Positions 18,722-29,163 of a DNA stretch of 64,000 nucleotides are shown piece by piece (the first letter of the stretch is position 1; each line of letters starts with the position of its first letter). The position numbers and the translations under genes are program-made. Source of the stretch: Oliverpabstia sp. (GTDB taxonomy: Bacteria; Bacillota; Clostridia; Lachnospirales; Lachnospiraceae); assembly GCA_051879295.1 (NCBI GenBank), contig JBJELT010000028.1, positions 158 through 64,157 of the forward strand, given 5' to 3'. The notes beneath the pieces are model-generated. The model was given only the letters and a program-made list of their open reading frames with translations, was not told the DNA's origin and made no database searches.

Positions 18722-19636
18722 TTCTGCTGCGAAGTCTTCGTTCTTTTTCTCCAGACCTTCACCAGTCTCGAAACGAACAAATCCTTTGATAGCAATCTTA
18801 GCGTTGTTTGCTTTTGCAACTTCTGCAACATAAGCAGATACGCTCTGTTTTCCGTCTTCTGCTTTTACATATACCTGATCCATCAGACAGATTTCTTTCA
18901 GCTCTTTGTTGATACGACCTTTGATCATGCCCTGGATAACTTTTTCAGGTTTCTGGGATTCTTTCGGATCGTTCTTGATCTGAGCCAGAAGAATTTCTTC
19001 TTCGTGAGCAATGTATTCAGCACTTACTTCGGAACGGTCTGTGTACTGAGGTCTCAGAGCTGCAACCTGCATAGCTATGTTCTTAGCCATTTCTTTTACT
19101 GCATCGTTAACAACGTCTGTCTCAACGTCAACCAGAACACCGATTTTTCCGCCCATATGAGTATAGGAAGCAACAAATCCGTTTGCTTCTTCTACCTGCT
19201 GGAAACGACGGATCTTCATGTTCTCACCGATTACTGCAATTTTAGCAGCCAGTGCTTCGTTAACAGTCTTGGTCTCATCGAACTTCCATGTTTCAGCCAG
19301 GAATGCGTCGATATCTGCTGCTGTGGTGTCCAGAGCCTGCTCTGCAACCTGAGCAACATATGCCTGGAAAGTATCATTCTTAGCAACGAAGTCTGTCTCA
19401 GCATTTACTTCTACTGCTACTGCTTTTTTGCCGCAGTCTGTAACTTTCAGCATAACAATACCTTCTGCTGCGATTCTTCCTGCTTTTTTCTGTGCGGTAG
19501 CAAGACCTTTTTCTCTCAGGAATTCCATAGCCTTGTCCATATCGCCTTCTGTTGCTGTAAGAGCCTTCTTACAGTCCATCATACCAGCGCCGCTCATTTC
19601 TCTCAATTCTTTTACCATTGCTGCTGTAATAGCCAT
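18695..19636 (-). CDS. tsf: Elongation factor Ts
   Basis: VKELREMSGAGMMDCKKAL, EVNAETDFVA; follows rpsB. Confidence 0.98.
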   Translation of the reverse strand: MAITAAMVKELREMSGAGMMDCKKALTATEGDMDKAMEFLREKGLATAQKKAGRIAAEGIVMLKVTDCGKKAVAVEVNAETDFVAKNDTFQAYVAQVAEQALDTTAADIDAFLAETWKFDETKTVNEALAAKIAVIGENMKIRRFQQVEEANGFVASYTHMGGKIGVLVDVETDVVNDAVKEMAKNIAMQVAALRPQYTDRSEVSAEYIAHEEEILLAQIKNDPKESQKPEKVIQGMIKGRINKELKEICLMDQVYVKAEDGKQSVSAYVAEVAKANNAKIAIKGFVRFETGEGLEKKNEDFAAEVAKQMAGN

Positions 19637-19664
19637 TGTGATTTCCTCCTAAACAGGGTATGAA

Positions 19665-20402
19665 TTACTCTTCTACTGCTTCTTCTACTGCTTCCTCAAC
19701 GAATTCTTCTTCTCCGGTAGCACCCTGATTTGCTTCGATAACAGCATCAGCCATCTTGGAAACGATCAGTTTTACGGCACGGATTGCATCGTCGTTACCC
19801 GGAATTACATAATCCAGCTCTTCCGGATCACAGTTTGTATCACAGATACCGATCAGCGGAATACCCAGTGTATGAGCTTCCTGTACGCAGATTCTTTCTT
19901 TTTTCGGGTCTACGATAAAGATAGCGTCCGGAATTCTCTTCATTTCTTTGATACCGCCCAGGTTTTTCTGAAGTTTTTCCAGCTCTTTCTTCAGAGCGAT
20001 AACTTCTTTCTTAGGCAGAACATCGAATGTTCCATCTGCTTCCATTGTTTCGATTTCTTTCAGTCTTGCAATTCTGCTCTGGATTGTCTTGAAGTTGGTA
20101 AGCATACCACCCAGCCATCTCTCGTTTACATAGAACATTCCACAACGCTCAGCTTCAACTTTGATAGCATCCTGAGCCTGTTTTTTAGTTCCTACGAACA
20201 GGATTGTGCCGCCGTCAGCTGCGATATCAGCTACAGCTTTGTAAGCATCATCTACCATTCCAACGGATTTCTGCAGGTCGATAATGTAGATACCGTTTCT
20301 CTCTGTGTAGATGTATTCAGCCATTTTCGGGTTCCATCTTCTTGTCTGGTGTCCAAAATGTACACCGGCTTCCAGTAACTGTTTCATTGAAATAACGCTC
20401 AT
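19665..20402 (-). CDS. rpsB: 30S ribosomal protein S2
   Basis: [32 protein letters not shown]. Confidence 0.98.
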   Translation of the reverse strand: MSVISMKQLLEAGVHFGHQTRRWNPKMAEYIYTERNGIYIIDLQKSVGMVDDAYKAVADIAADGGTILFVGTKKQAQDAIKVEAERCGMFYVNERWLGGMLTNFKTIQSRIARLKEIETMEADGTFDVLPKKEVIALKKELEKLQKNLGGIKEMKRIPDAIFIVDPKKERICVQEAHTLGIPLIGICDTNCDPEELDYVIPGNDDAIRAVKLIVSKMADAVIEANQGATGEEEFVEEAVEEAVEE

Positions 20403-20424
20403 GATTTCAATCTCCTTTTTGGTT

Positions 20425-20500
20425 TTAATCTTCCCCATACTTCTCATTCTTTTCGAGACCTGTCATGCAGGCACCATCTCGGAATCGGTATGGGTGTTTT
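20425..20500 (-). promoter_or_regulatory. rpsB 5' leader (S2 autoregulatory structure)
   Basis: CCCATAC...GGTGCC...GTATGGGG stem downstream of the TTGTAT-17-TATAAT promoter (20514-20542). Confidence 0.55.
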
Positions 20501-20514
20501 ATGCGACTTTTGCA

Positions 20515-22158
20515 TTATACCACAGGAAATCCCAAGATACAAGCACTTTTTCGTATTAAATACATGACCAGGCACATACTATAAATCCATTTTTTTACAA
20601 ACCCGGTGACTCCATTTTCCATGATGCCTGCTGTTTTCACACTGGTATCCCCCTTCAGTTTCTGACTCAGCTCTTCCACCGGATTCTCAACCTTAAAATT
20701 TATGGCGAAATTGTGATAGGCATTCTGCAGATTACTGCTTTTATTTCCGGCTTCATCTTCTGTAAGCAGCGTCACCGTATACTGTCCCGCACGAGTAAAT
20801 AACCCTGTATCCAGCACATACTGGTAATGCATTCCCGAGTCCTCCTGCCGGACACTTCGTATGTAATCCGTCCCTTCTTCCAGAATCCTAGTTTCCCCAT
20901 CCCACACATACATCAATGTATAGTTTTCCACTTGATTCAGATTACTCTCTTCCAGAACAATCTGACGCTTTCCCGTGTAAGAGCCATCTTCTTCCAATCC
21001 CTCCAGTTCGTACTGTGAGCCGCTTCGATTAATCCAAAAATGAATCTCTTTTTCTGAAATATTCCCTGCCTGGTCCACGGCCTGTATGTGTAAATAGTAA
21101 GCATCATCCATTTTTATATCCATCGAAGGCTCCCAGACATACTGCATTCCATCCTGCTGCTCCAGTTCTATCCTGCCATTTTTATTGCCCACAAGATTCA
21201 CCTGTTCCTGATTTTGTTCCAGATTGTTGTCTGACAATCGTATCTTCACCTGTAATGTGTCGTTATATATCCCTCCATCCTCTACTCCTTCTACGATAAT
21301 TTCTGGTTTTGTTCCGTCCACCTTCCAGCGAAACCTCCCGATTGCTCCCTGATTCTCAACTGTCAGTGCATTTCCCACAACATCTGTCCCGCTGATCTCC
21401 ACTTCATACGTTCCATCCTGCGTAAATGGAATCTCCGCCACATATTCATCTGCTCCTGTTTGCGTCCATGTGACCCCCTTCTGAAATGAATCTGGATATT
21501 CTTTCCATTGTAGCTGACAGTCATTTGGACTAAAGTTTTTCTCCTTTGCATGCAGAATCAACGAGCCGTTCCCCAGAAAATAGCCCTGATTTTGTGCACC
21601 TCTCCAACCTGCTGTTGCCACAGGACCTGTAAAATCTGCCTCCCAATACTGTACTTTCCGACTGACATTGCCTGCCATATCTTGCATCTCAGCCTGAATC
21701 TCCACTGCTCCCTCAGTTTCTATCAGAAGCCGAACCGTTCTCTCCCATTCCGTAATCCTCTGGATTTCACCTTCATCTGTATATTCTGGAGATATACGTT
21801 CATCCAGAATCAGAATATGATTCTGCCACAGCCTGATATTTTTTATACCTGACAAATAATCCGTTATTTTCAGATAAATTTCCAAATGTTCCCTGCAGAC
21901 AGAAGCCGTACTGTCTGTTCTTTCCATATATATTGTACCAGCGGACTCTGCCGCATTTGCCACTGCTTCATTGCCAGGTAACCAAAAGAGGGCCAATCCC
22001 ATCAGCAACACAATCATCAGGCTATTGTTCTTTCTTTGTTTCCATTGTTTCAGCAGTCTGATACCCAGATAAATTCCGATACTGACACCAATCCATGCCG
22101 TGCCCTGAAGAACTTCTGCCGCTTCTTTCATTTTTTTTGCCACATTCCAAATCTCCAA
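20515..22158 (-). CDS. Membrane-anchored protein with Ig-like repeats
   Basis: N-terminal TM segments; repeated D(M/Q/E)AGN and DxTxP Ig-like motifs. Confidence 0.65.
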   Translation of the reverse strand: MEIWNVAKKMKEAAEVLQGTAWIGVSIGIYLGIRLLKQWKQRKNNSLMIVLLMGLALFWLPGNEAVANAAESAGTIYMERTDSTASVCREHLEIYLKITDYLSGIKNIRLWQNHILILDERISPEYTDEGEIQRITEWERTVRLLIETEGAVEIQAEMQDMAGNVSRKVQYWEADFTGPVATAGWRGAQNQGYFLGNGSLILHAKEKNFSPNDCQLQWKEYPDSFQKGVTWTQTGADEYVAEIPFTQDGTYEVEISGTDVVGNALTVENQGAIGRFRWKVDGTKPEIIVEGVEDGGIYNDTLQVKIRLSDNNLEQNQEQVNLVGNKNGRIELEQQDGMQYVWEPSMDIKMDDAYYLHIQAVDQAGNISEKEIHFWINRSGSQYELEGLEEDGSYTGKRQIVLEESNLNQVENYTLMYVWDGETRILEEGTDYIRSVRQEDSGMHYQYVLDTGLFTRAGQYTVTLLTEDEAGNKSSNLQNAYHNFAINFKVENPVEELSQKLKGDTSVKTAGIMENGVTGFVKKWIYSMCLVMYLIRKSACILGFPVV

Positions 22159-22171
22159 TGTTTCTCCTTTC

Positions 22172-23797
22172 CTAATCTCCCATCTGATACATCAGCGTAA
22201 TAATCTCTTTCCCTTTCTGTACCTCCACAGCAAACTCTGGCGTTTCCTTTTCTATAAACTGCATCATCTGCCATAATTTCTCCTCCGGCACCGAAGCCTT
22301 ACGAAACTGACTGACATGCTGCAGAATCTGCGCCAATATTTCTTTTGCAATTAGCTTCCTGAGATTTTGATTCCGGGTACATAAAGATAGACTGCACAAA
22401 TCTTCCCAAAATACGGCGTATGTGGTTTCTTCATTCAGCAAATCAAAGGCCTGACTCAGCTTTTCGTAATAACCGGCAATTTTTGCCAACACCCGGGCAA
22501 CTTCTTTCTCAGTTTCATCAATCATTGGATTATTCATGGCATTTTCCAGCCAGGGTTTCGCGTATGATTTATTTCCATAACCTTCCCAGAGAAAATAGCA
22601 GGCAATTCCCATCTGATAGGAAAATGCTCCATATTCCTTTTCAGACTGGCGCAGACATTCCTCACAGCTTGTCCCATCAGATGACCTCTGGTTCAGCACA
22701 TCTAGAATTTCCTCGTACATTTCTGCCGGAAATTCCTGCTTTTCGGCTTCTTCCAACAGGATAAGATAGGGATCCGATTCCCATGGATTTAGAAATATAG
22801 CATTTTTTAAGTTCCATATGCGTTCCTGAACACTCACTGACCGTTTGCCAGCCTCCAGATACCGCACATATCCTTCATCCACCAGACGTTCAGACTGCTG
22901 GAACAGTATTCCGGAAATTGAAAAAAGTCCTGCAGTAACAACCCATACAAGCAAAACCAGACAACACTGCCATTGCCATTTCCGTCTTTTTTTCTTATCC
23001 AGCCACTGATACCCTGTCAGATCTTTCAGTACTTCCTCCGCACTCCGGTATCGATGTTCCGGAATCAGTCTGGTACATTTTTCGACAATAATCTCCACAG
23101 ATTTTTTCGGATTTTCCACCTCATTTCTATGGAACCGTTTTCCGTACGCCATTTCATAAAGAAGTATACCAAAACTGTATATATCTGTGCCCGGACCGGT
23201 CTGCCCATGTCCGGTGAGCTGCTCGGGTGCCGCATAACCGACAGTTCCCCAAAACACGGTATCTGCTTCTTTCTGCGGACAATACTCTCTGGCAGTTCCA
23301 AAATCAATCAGCCTGACCGTCCCATCCGGACTTATCATCAGATTTGATGGTTTCAAATCTCTGTAGATCACCTGTGGGTTGCGGCTGTGTAAATATGTAA
23401 GTATCTGAATAATCTGTACTCCTACATGAACTGCTTCTTCTTCCGAAAAGCGATATCCCGACGAAAGCATCTGCTGTAAAGTTTTTCCCTCAATATACTC
23501 CATCACAAAACAGATTTCTGAGTCATCTTCCACCACATCATACAGTTCTGCCAGACCCGGATGACACAATTTCTGAAACATACTCCATTCCTTTTGTCCG
23601 GTCATAGATGTGGGGATCCTTGTTTTATCTACTATTTTAACAGCCCGCTTTCTCTGCAGCACTTTGTCAAACGCCAGATAAACCACACTGGTACCGCCCT
23701 GCCCGAGTACATTCTGAAATTGATAACGTTCTTTCATACATTCCGGAATTGATGCTTCCAATTGATTAGATTCCACGAAAATAAACACCCCTTTCAC
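22172..23797 (-). CDS. Hanks-type Ser/Thr protein kinase, membrane-spanning
   Basis: LGQGGTSVV, AVK, YRDLKPSN, DFG, APE, followed by a TM segment. Confidence 0.92.
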   Translation of the reverse strand: MKGVFIFVESNQLEASIPECMKERYQFQNVLGQGGTSVVYLAFDKVLQRKRAVKIVDKTRIPTSMTGQKEWSMFQKLCHPGLAELYDVVEDDSEICFVMEYIEGKTLQQMLSSGYRFSEEEAVHVGVQIIQILTYLHSRNPQVIYRDLKPSNLMISPDGTVRLIDFGTAREYCPQKEADTVFWGTVGYAAPEQLTGHGQTGPGTDIYSFGILLYEMAYGKRFHRNEVENPKKSVEIIVEKCTRLIPEHRYRSAEEVLKDLTGYQWLDKKKRRKWQWQCCLVLLVWVVTAGLFSISGILFQQSERLVDEGYVRYLEAGKRSVSVQERIWNLKNAIFLNPWESDPYLILLEEAEKQEFPAEMYEEILDVLNQRSSDGTSCEECLRQSEKEYGAFSYQMGIACYFLWEGYGNKSYAKPWLENAMNNPMIDETEKEVARVLAKIAGYYEKLSQAFDLLNEETTYAVFWEDLCSLSLCTRNQNLRKLIAKEILAQILQHVSQFRKASVPEEKLWQMMQFIEKETPEFAVEVQKGKEIITLMYQMGD

Positions 23798-23953
23798 AAA
23801 TTAATCATATGTTTACTGTGAAAACGAACAAATTAAAAATAGTTGGAAATTATGGAGAATTCCTGTGAAACTTATGATGAGAACCGGTTTTGTACCGGTT
23901 CTCATTTGTATTAGATTTGATGGCTTTAATTATATGATAGTGTTTTGCCGCTG

Positions 23954-25615
23954 TCAAGATGCGGTATTGGTTCCTTTATTTTTTCTTCTGTCAGCAACCA
24001 GCCAGTATCCTGGTATCACGCAAAGAAGCAGTTCTATGATGATTCCCAGCAAAACTCCCAGTGGAAGTCCATGAATCCATCTGCTCATCCATGAGTATCC
24101 GAAAAGACTCCACAGATTTGCAACCACATGAGCCGTTATACAGGTTAATAAAGTACCGGTTCGATAATAAATCAGTGCCAGTATAAGGCCCATAAAGAAA
24201 GCATATACAAACTGTACGATGTTTCCATGGTAGGCTCCGAAAATCAGTGCGGAGAGTATCATTGCCAGCCATGGTTTCATCCATTCTTTTAATCTTGCAA
24301 AAATCAATCCCCGGAAAACCAGTTCTTCCGCAATAGGAGCTAATATACCGATAGTCAGGAACTGAAGCCATACCGGCTGTCCCGCCACCAGGTTCTCACT
24401 CAGATTAGAATATGCCGGGAATAATTCATTCAGCCCGGAAACATCAATCAGGTCATTCAGGAGCTGGCACCCCGCCATCGCCAGAATCACTACAGAGAAC
24501 CAGACGATCGGTGGATTCCAGACATGAGGCATATTCTGCCCTCTAATTCCTGCCCTTCTTTTCCTCTGATCACCACGATAAAAGAAATACAGGATCACGC
24601 TTGCTGACACTGAAGAAACCAGGAGCTGATAAAGACTTGTTCCCATGGTTTTTCCCACAGCATCTATGAAATTCCCGTTCTTCATGGCATCCCATAGAAA
24701 ATAAATGGCAAAGATTATACTGCACAAAATTGCAATCCCCTGATGGATCAGAATGGGATATATTACCTGCCATATCCGGCGTACCGGTTGCACCATATAT
24801 TCTACTTCCTGAACTTCTCCTGGCAGTTCTTCTGACTGTGCTTCCCGTTGTGTAACATCCTGCCCGGGTTTTTCTTTTCCTTTTTTTCTGCCATGCGTTT
24901 TTTTGTCCCTGTGTCGAAGCCGGTCTTTTCTGACAGATTCCACATGCTCTGTGGTCTCTTCGTCATTGGGACTGGCAAGAATTCCCAGATCCTCCACAGT
25001 ATCCGCCACATAAACAGCTCCTGCCTTCTCCAGTTCTTCTCTGGATCCATATCCATAAGCAACACCGATGCACTGCAGTCCACAGCTGATGGCACCGCTT
25101 ACATCGTGTTCCCTGTCGCCTACCATTAAAACCTTATCACGTTCCGTCTGCATGTTCAGACGCCTGAGTGCCTCTTCAATCACTTCTGTTTTTTTTGTTC
25201 TGGATCCGTCCAGTTCACTTCCCACGATCACCTGAAAATACTGATCAATCCCGAAATGTTCCAGAATCTGTTTGACATATACTTCCGGTTTGGAAGAGGC
25301 AACACCGAGAATCTTGTCATTAATTTGAAGGATCTCCAGAAGCTGCGGTATCTTTGGATACAGCTTATTTTCAAAAATCCCTTTATCCGTATATCTTTCC
25401 CGATAGTACACGACAGCCTGTCCAGCTGTTTCCTGATCCATTCCATAATAATTCATAAACGATTCAAGCAGCGGAGGGCCTATAAATCTTCGCAGATTTT
25501 CCTGATTCTCTTCTATAATCCCGAGTTTTTCCAGTGCGTACTGCACGCTTTTCATAATACCTTCTCCGGATTCTGTCAATGTTCCATCCAGATCAAATAA
25601 TATTACCTGTGACAT
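23954..25615 (-). CDS. HAD hydrolase fused to a CPBP (CAAX/Abi) intramembrane protease
   Basis: FDLDGTL and MVGDREHD HAD motifs; C-terminal EELVFRG, FGAYH, HVVAN. Confidence 0.85.
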   Translation of the reverse strand: MSQVILFDLDGTLTESGEGIMKSVQYALEKLGIIEENQENLRRFIGPPLLESFMNYYGMDQETAGQAVVYYRERYTDKGIFENKLYPKIPQLLEILQINDKILGVASSKPEVYVKQILEHFGIDQYFQVIVGSELDGSRTKKTEVIEEALRRLNMQTERDKVLMVGDREHDVSGAISCGLQCIGVAYGYGSREELEKAGAVYVADTVEDLGILASPNDEETTEHVESVRKDRLRHRDKKTHGRKKGKEKPGQDVTQREAQSEELPGEVQEVEYMVQPVRRIWQVIYPILIHQGIAILCSIIFAIYFLWDAMKNGNFIDAVGKTMGTSLYQLLVSSVSASVILYFFYRGDQRKRRAGIRGQNMPHVWNPPIVWFSVVILAMAGCQLLNDLIDVSGLNELFPAYSNLSENLVAGQPVWLQFLTIGILAPIAEELVFRGLIFARLKEWMKPWLAMILSALIFGAYHGNIVQFVYAFFMGLILALIYYRTGTLLTCITAHVVANLWSLFGYSWMSRWIHGLPLGVLLGIIIELLLCVIPGYWLVADRRKNKGTNTAS

Positions 25616-25639
25616 AAATTACATCCCGCTTTCTTATTA

Positions 25640-26602
25640 CTATTTTGAAGCAAAATACTGATCAATGCCATTGGCGATACCCTGAACCATACTGTCCTGA
25701 TATGCCGACGTCTGCATTCTGACATCTTCCTCCGGGTTCGTCATATATCCCAGTTCCACAATTGTTGCCGGAATGGTACACCAGTTCAAACCACTCATCT
25801 CATCGGTCTGATAAACTCCCTGGTTTTTCGCACCTGTAGCCTCACAAAATGCTTCAATTACCATCTTCGACAATTTTTGACATTCTTTAACAGTCTCACT
25901 GGCAACATAGGGGTTGGCCGATGTGGGTGACATTGTCAGTGCACCGGCAACCGATGGATTCTCAGAACCATTGGCATGAATTCTGATCAATAAATCTGCT
26001 TCTGCATCTGCTGCAGCTTTTGCACGCTCCGCATTACTGATATTCACATCATTTGTTTCACGGATCATATAAACTTCATATCCCCGGGCTTCCAGTTCAT
26101 CACGCAGTTTAAGGGAAACATCCAGATTCAGCTGATATTCCGGAACACCTGTGGTTCGCCCTGTTGTTCCGGAGGCAACTTTAGCCTTCATCTGTGAAGC
26201 CCCGGGACCAATCGGTTCTTTTTCACTGTTACCCTTTCCCTGATGACCGGGATCTATGGCAATCTTTTTTCCATTGCTTTCAACATTTACTTCCTTTGGC
26301 ACCAAAATTTCCGGCTCCACATCTGCATCCATCACCACCGGTTCCCCTACATCCGATGATCCGCCTGCGTCTTCCTCCACTTCTGCATTCGCTGCTTCAG
26401 CCACATCTGCAGCAGTATCATAATACGATGTTTCCGCTGTTTCTGAAGTTACCGAATCAGAAACCCGTGCTTCCCTCTTTTCTGAGCTATTTCCCTTTCG
26501 GGCATTACAAATACCTGCCGCAATCACAATTCCCAGTATAATCAGAAGCAGCAAACTCAGCAGCAGCAACATCCATTTCCATGGTCTGACCTTTCTTCTC
26601 AT
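25640..26602 (-). CDS. N-acetylmuramoyl-L-alanine amidase (Amidase_3)
   Basis: IAIDPGHQG, IRIHAN, IVELGY; N-terminal TM. Confidence 0.9.
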   Translation of the reverse strand: MRRKVRPWKWMLLLLSLLLLIILGIVIAAGICNARKGNSSEKREARVSDSVTSETAETSYYDTAADVAEAANAEVEEDAGGSSDVGEPVVMDADVEPEILVPKEVNVESNGKKIAIDPGHQGKGNSEKEPIGPGASQMKAKVASGTTGRTTGVPEYQLNLDVSLKLRDELEARGYEVYMIRETNDVNISNAERAKAAADAEADLLIRIHANGSENPSVAGALTMSPTSANPYVASETVKECQKLSKMVIEAFCEATGAKNQGVYQTDEMSGLNWCTIPATIVELGYMTNPEEDVRMQTSAYQDSMVQGIANGIDQYFASK

Positions 26603-26638
26603 CTGCTTTATTCCTCACTTTTCTGATAAAAGTGAATC

Positions 26639-28405
26639 TTACATTCTTTCCGGAGCTTCAAATCCCAGCATATCAATACAGGATTCCAGAATATTCTTAA
26701 CCAGAATCAGCAGACCGATATAGGATTTTTTCTGTGCTTCATTCTCCTCCGCAAGAATTCTTGTCTCATGATAAAAACTGTTAAATGCATTCGCCAGTTC
26801 ATATATATAAGAACAGATCTTGTGCGGTGCTTTTTCCTCAAATGCATTCACGATCACACTGTTGAACTTGGCTGCTTCCAGCATCAGCGCTTTTTCACTG
26901 TCTCCTGCCGGTTTCTGGATCATAGTATCCATCAGATTACCGCCCTCTTCCTGATAACGGTTGAGAATAGATTTGATACGAACCGTTGTATACAAAATAT
27001 AAGGACCCGTATTTCCCTCAAAAGAAGTAAATCTATCAATATCAAAAATATAATCCTTGGATGCCTGATTGGAAAGATCTCCATACTTGATGGCTGCCAG
27101 ACCAACGATCTGTGCCGTTGTTCTAGCATCTTCTTCTTTGATACTGCGGTTATCCACAATTTTCTTATACATCTCATCATCGATCTCGCGGATCAGATTT
27201 TCCAGACGCATGACGCCGCCATCTCTGGTTTTAAACGGTTTTCCGTCTTTTCCATTCATGGTTCCAAATCCAAGGAAAGTCAACCTGGTATCGTCTTTCA
27301 CCATTCCTGCTTTTCTTGCACAGCGGAATACCTGAATAAAATGCATCTCCTGACGTTTGTCAACCACATACAGAATCTCATCCGGCTGATACTGTTCCAT
27401 ACGTTCCACGATGGTAGCAAGGTCTGTGGTCGTATACAGTGCAGCACCATCTGACTTGAGAATCATACACGGCGGTACTTCCTTTGTATCTGTCTCTTCT
27501 TTGACATCTACCACAATAGCACCCTGATCTTCATAGGCAAGACCCTGCTCACGCAGATTTTGAACCATCGGTGCAATCGTATCCTGTACATCCGACTCTC
27601 CATTCCACAGATCAAAATCCACATGCAGGTTCGCATAGTTTTTCTTCAGATCAGCAACGGATACCCGCAAAATATGTTTCCAAAGGGCACGATATCCTCG
27701 ATTTCCCATCTGCAGCTGGTGTGTAGCCTCCAAAGCTTCCGCTTTATATTCCTCATCTTCTTTTGATTTTTTGCTGGCTGCAGGATAAATTTCCTCCAGT
27801 TCACTGATTGTAAATGGTGCCGCTTCCGGATATTCCCCTTCATAATCCTCCTGAAAATACACCAGTTCCGGAGAGCGTTTGCGCAGTTCTGTGATGATCA
27901 ATCCCATCTGCAGGCCCCAGTCTCCCAGATGCACATCACCGATTACTTCATGTCCAAGGAATCTTCCGATTCTCTTAATACTCTCACCAATAATTGCTGA
28001 ACGCAGATGACCTACATGTAACGGCTTTGCTACATTTGGTCCGCCATAATCAATTATAATCTTCTTTGGATGTACTGCTTTTTCCACGCCAAGGTTCGGT
28101 GACAGGCACATAGCAGTCAGATACTGTGCAAGATAAGTTCCTGACACTTTCAGATTAATAAATCCCGGATTCACTGCCTCAGCAGCTTCCAGTGCCTGAC
28201 AGTCTGACAACTGTTCCACCACATCTTTAGCTATCATAATCGGGGCTTTTCTATATGCTTTTGCTGCAGCCATCGCACCATTACACTGATACTCACAAAG
28301 ATCCGGCCGATTGGACAACGTTACCTTTCCATAAGAAGCATCATATCCAGCATTCTGAAATGCCGCTTTAACTTCATTCGATATTAAATCGAGTATTGTA
28401 TTCAT
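26639..28405 (-). CDS. argS: Arginine--tRNA ligase
   Basis: PNVAKPLHVGHLRS, HLGDWGLQ, FEGNTGPY, C-terminal PERM. Confidence 0.97.
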   Translation of the reverse strand: MNTILDLISNEVKAAFQNAGYDASYGKVTLSNRPDLCEYQCNGAMAAAKAYRKAPIMIAKDVVEQLSDCQALEAAEAVNPGFINLKVSGTYLAQYLTAMCLSPNLGVEKAVHPKKIIIDYGGPNVAKPLHVGHLRSAIIGESIKRIGRFLGHEVIGDVHLGDWGLQMGLIITELRKRSPELVYFQEDYEGEYPEAAPFTISELEEIYPAASKKSKEDEEYKAEALEATHQLQMGNRGYRALWKHILRVSVADLKKNYANLHVDFDLWNGESDVQDTIAPMVQNLREQGLAYEDQGAIVVDVKEETDTKEVPPCMILKSDGAALYTTTDLATIVERMEQYQPDEILYVVDKRQEMHFIQVFRCARKAGMVKDDTRLTFLGFGTMNGKDGKPFKTRDGGVMRLENLIREIDDEMYKKIVDNRSIKEEDARTTAQIVGLAAIKYGDLSNQASKDYIFDIDRFTSFEGNTGPYILYTTVRIKSILNRYQEEGGNLMDTMIQKPAGDSEKALMLEAAKFNSVIVNAFEEKAPHKICSYIYELANAFNSFYHETRILAEENEAQKKSYIGLLILVKNILESCIDMLGFEAPERM

Positions 28406-28731
28406 AATATTCCAGACTCCTTCTGTCATGTTTTGCGGGTTTCAAAATCATTATTATTTACATGACCTTAACCCGGGTATCATTTGACTATTATAGCATT
28501 GAATTTGCGGAATGGCAATGAAAAAGAACACATGTGCCTACATTGAATCGAGATACGTGCGGGGTCTTGGAAGACTTTTTTCTTGTACAGACCCCGCACA
28601 GGAATCTCACTAAATCAAAGATTGATGACATATCTAAATTTGAGAAAGAACCGGGCGCATTTTGTTTCGTTTGGAACAGAACAGGAGAATCTCCGCCCCT
28701 TTCCAAAGGAATTATATAAAAGTATCTTGTT

Positions 28732-29106
28732 TCAGGCGATCATCCCTCCCAGCATCCCAGCCCCCATGCACAGCACGAAGGATGTGGCGATTCCTCTCCA
28801 GCCCTGTGTGATTCCCGGTTCTGTCAGTGCTGAAACGGCTGTGAGCAGCAGGAAGTAGCACAATCCCAGCATCATGCCCCAGAAGAATCTGCGTTCTCCT
28901 GCTTTTTTTCCGACAAATAATCCTCCAATGAAACAGGAGAGCACGTATATCAAAATAATTCCTATGGTGACTTTTCCTTCATCGAGATGCATTTTATAGA
29001 GTAAAAAAGCCAGTAATAACAGAGAAAGTCCTGTGAGAAGATAAGCAAGAATCAGCCCTTTTACCAGATGATTCATCTTCCGTGAAGATTTGATGGTCTG
29101 TTCCAT
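28732..29106 (-). CDS. TIGR04086-like membrane protein
   Basis: Four TM segments, GKKAGERRFFWG, GMLGGM end; sigma-E-like TCATAGA-14-CATATAGT upstream. Confidence 0.7.
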   Translation of the reverse strand: MEQTIKSSRKMNHLVKGLILAYLLTGLSLLLLAFLLYKMHLDEGKVTIGIILIYVLSCFIGGLFVGKKAGERRFFWGMMLGLCYFLLLTAVSALTEPGITQGWRGIATSFVLCMGAGMLGGMIA

Positions 29107-29163
29107 AAAAAATCCCTCCCATACTTTACTATATGGGAGGGTTGTACATTCTATGAACTATAT

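Noticed and set aside
18602-19663. Long + strand ORFs opposite tsf (likewise opposite hydG, htpG, amylosucrase, thyX)
   Set aside because: Antisense shadows of well-recognised genes, with no RBS or motifs.
28430-28730. T-box riboswitch upstream of argS
   Set aside because: No GGTGGNACCGCG T-box motif found on the minus strand; only a REP-like hairpin.
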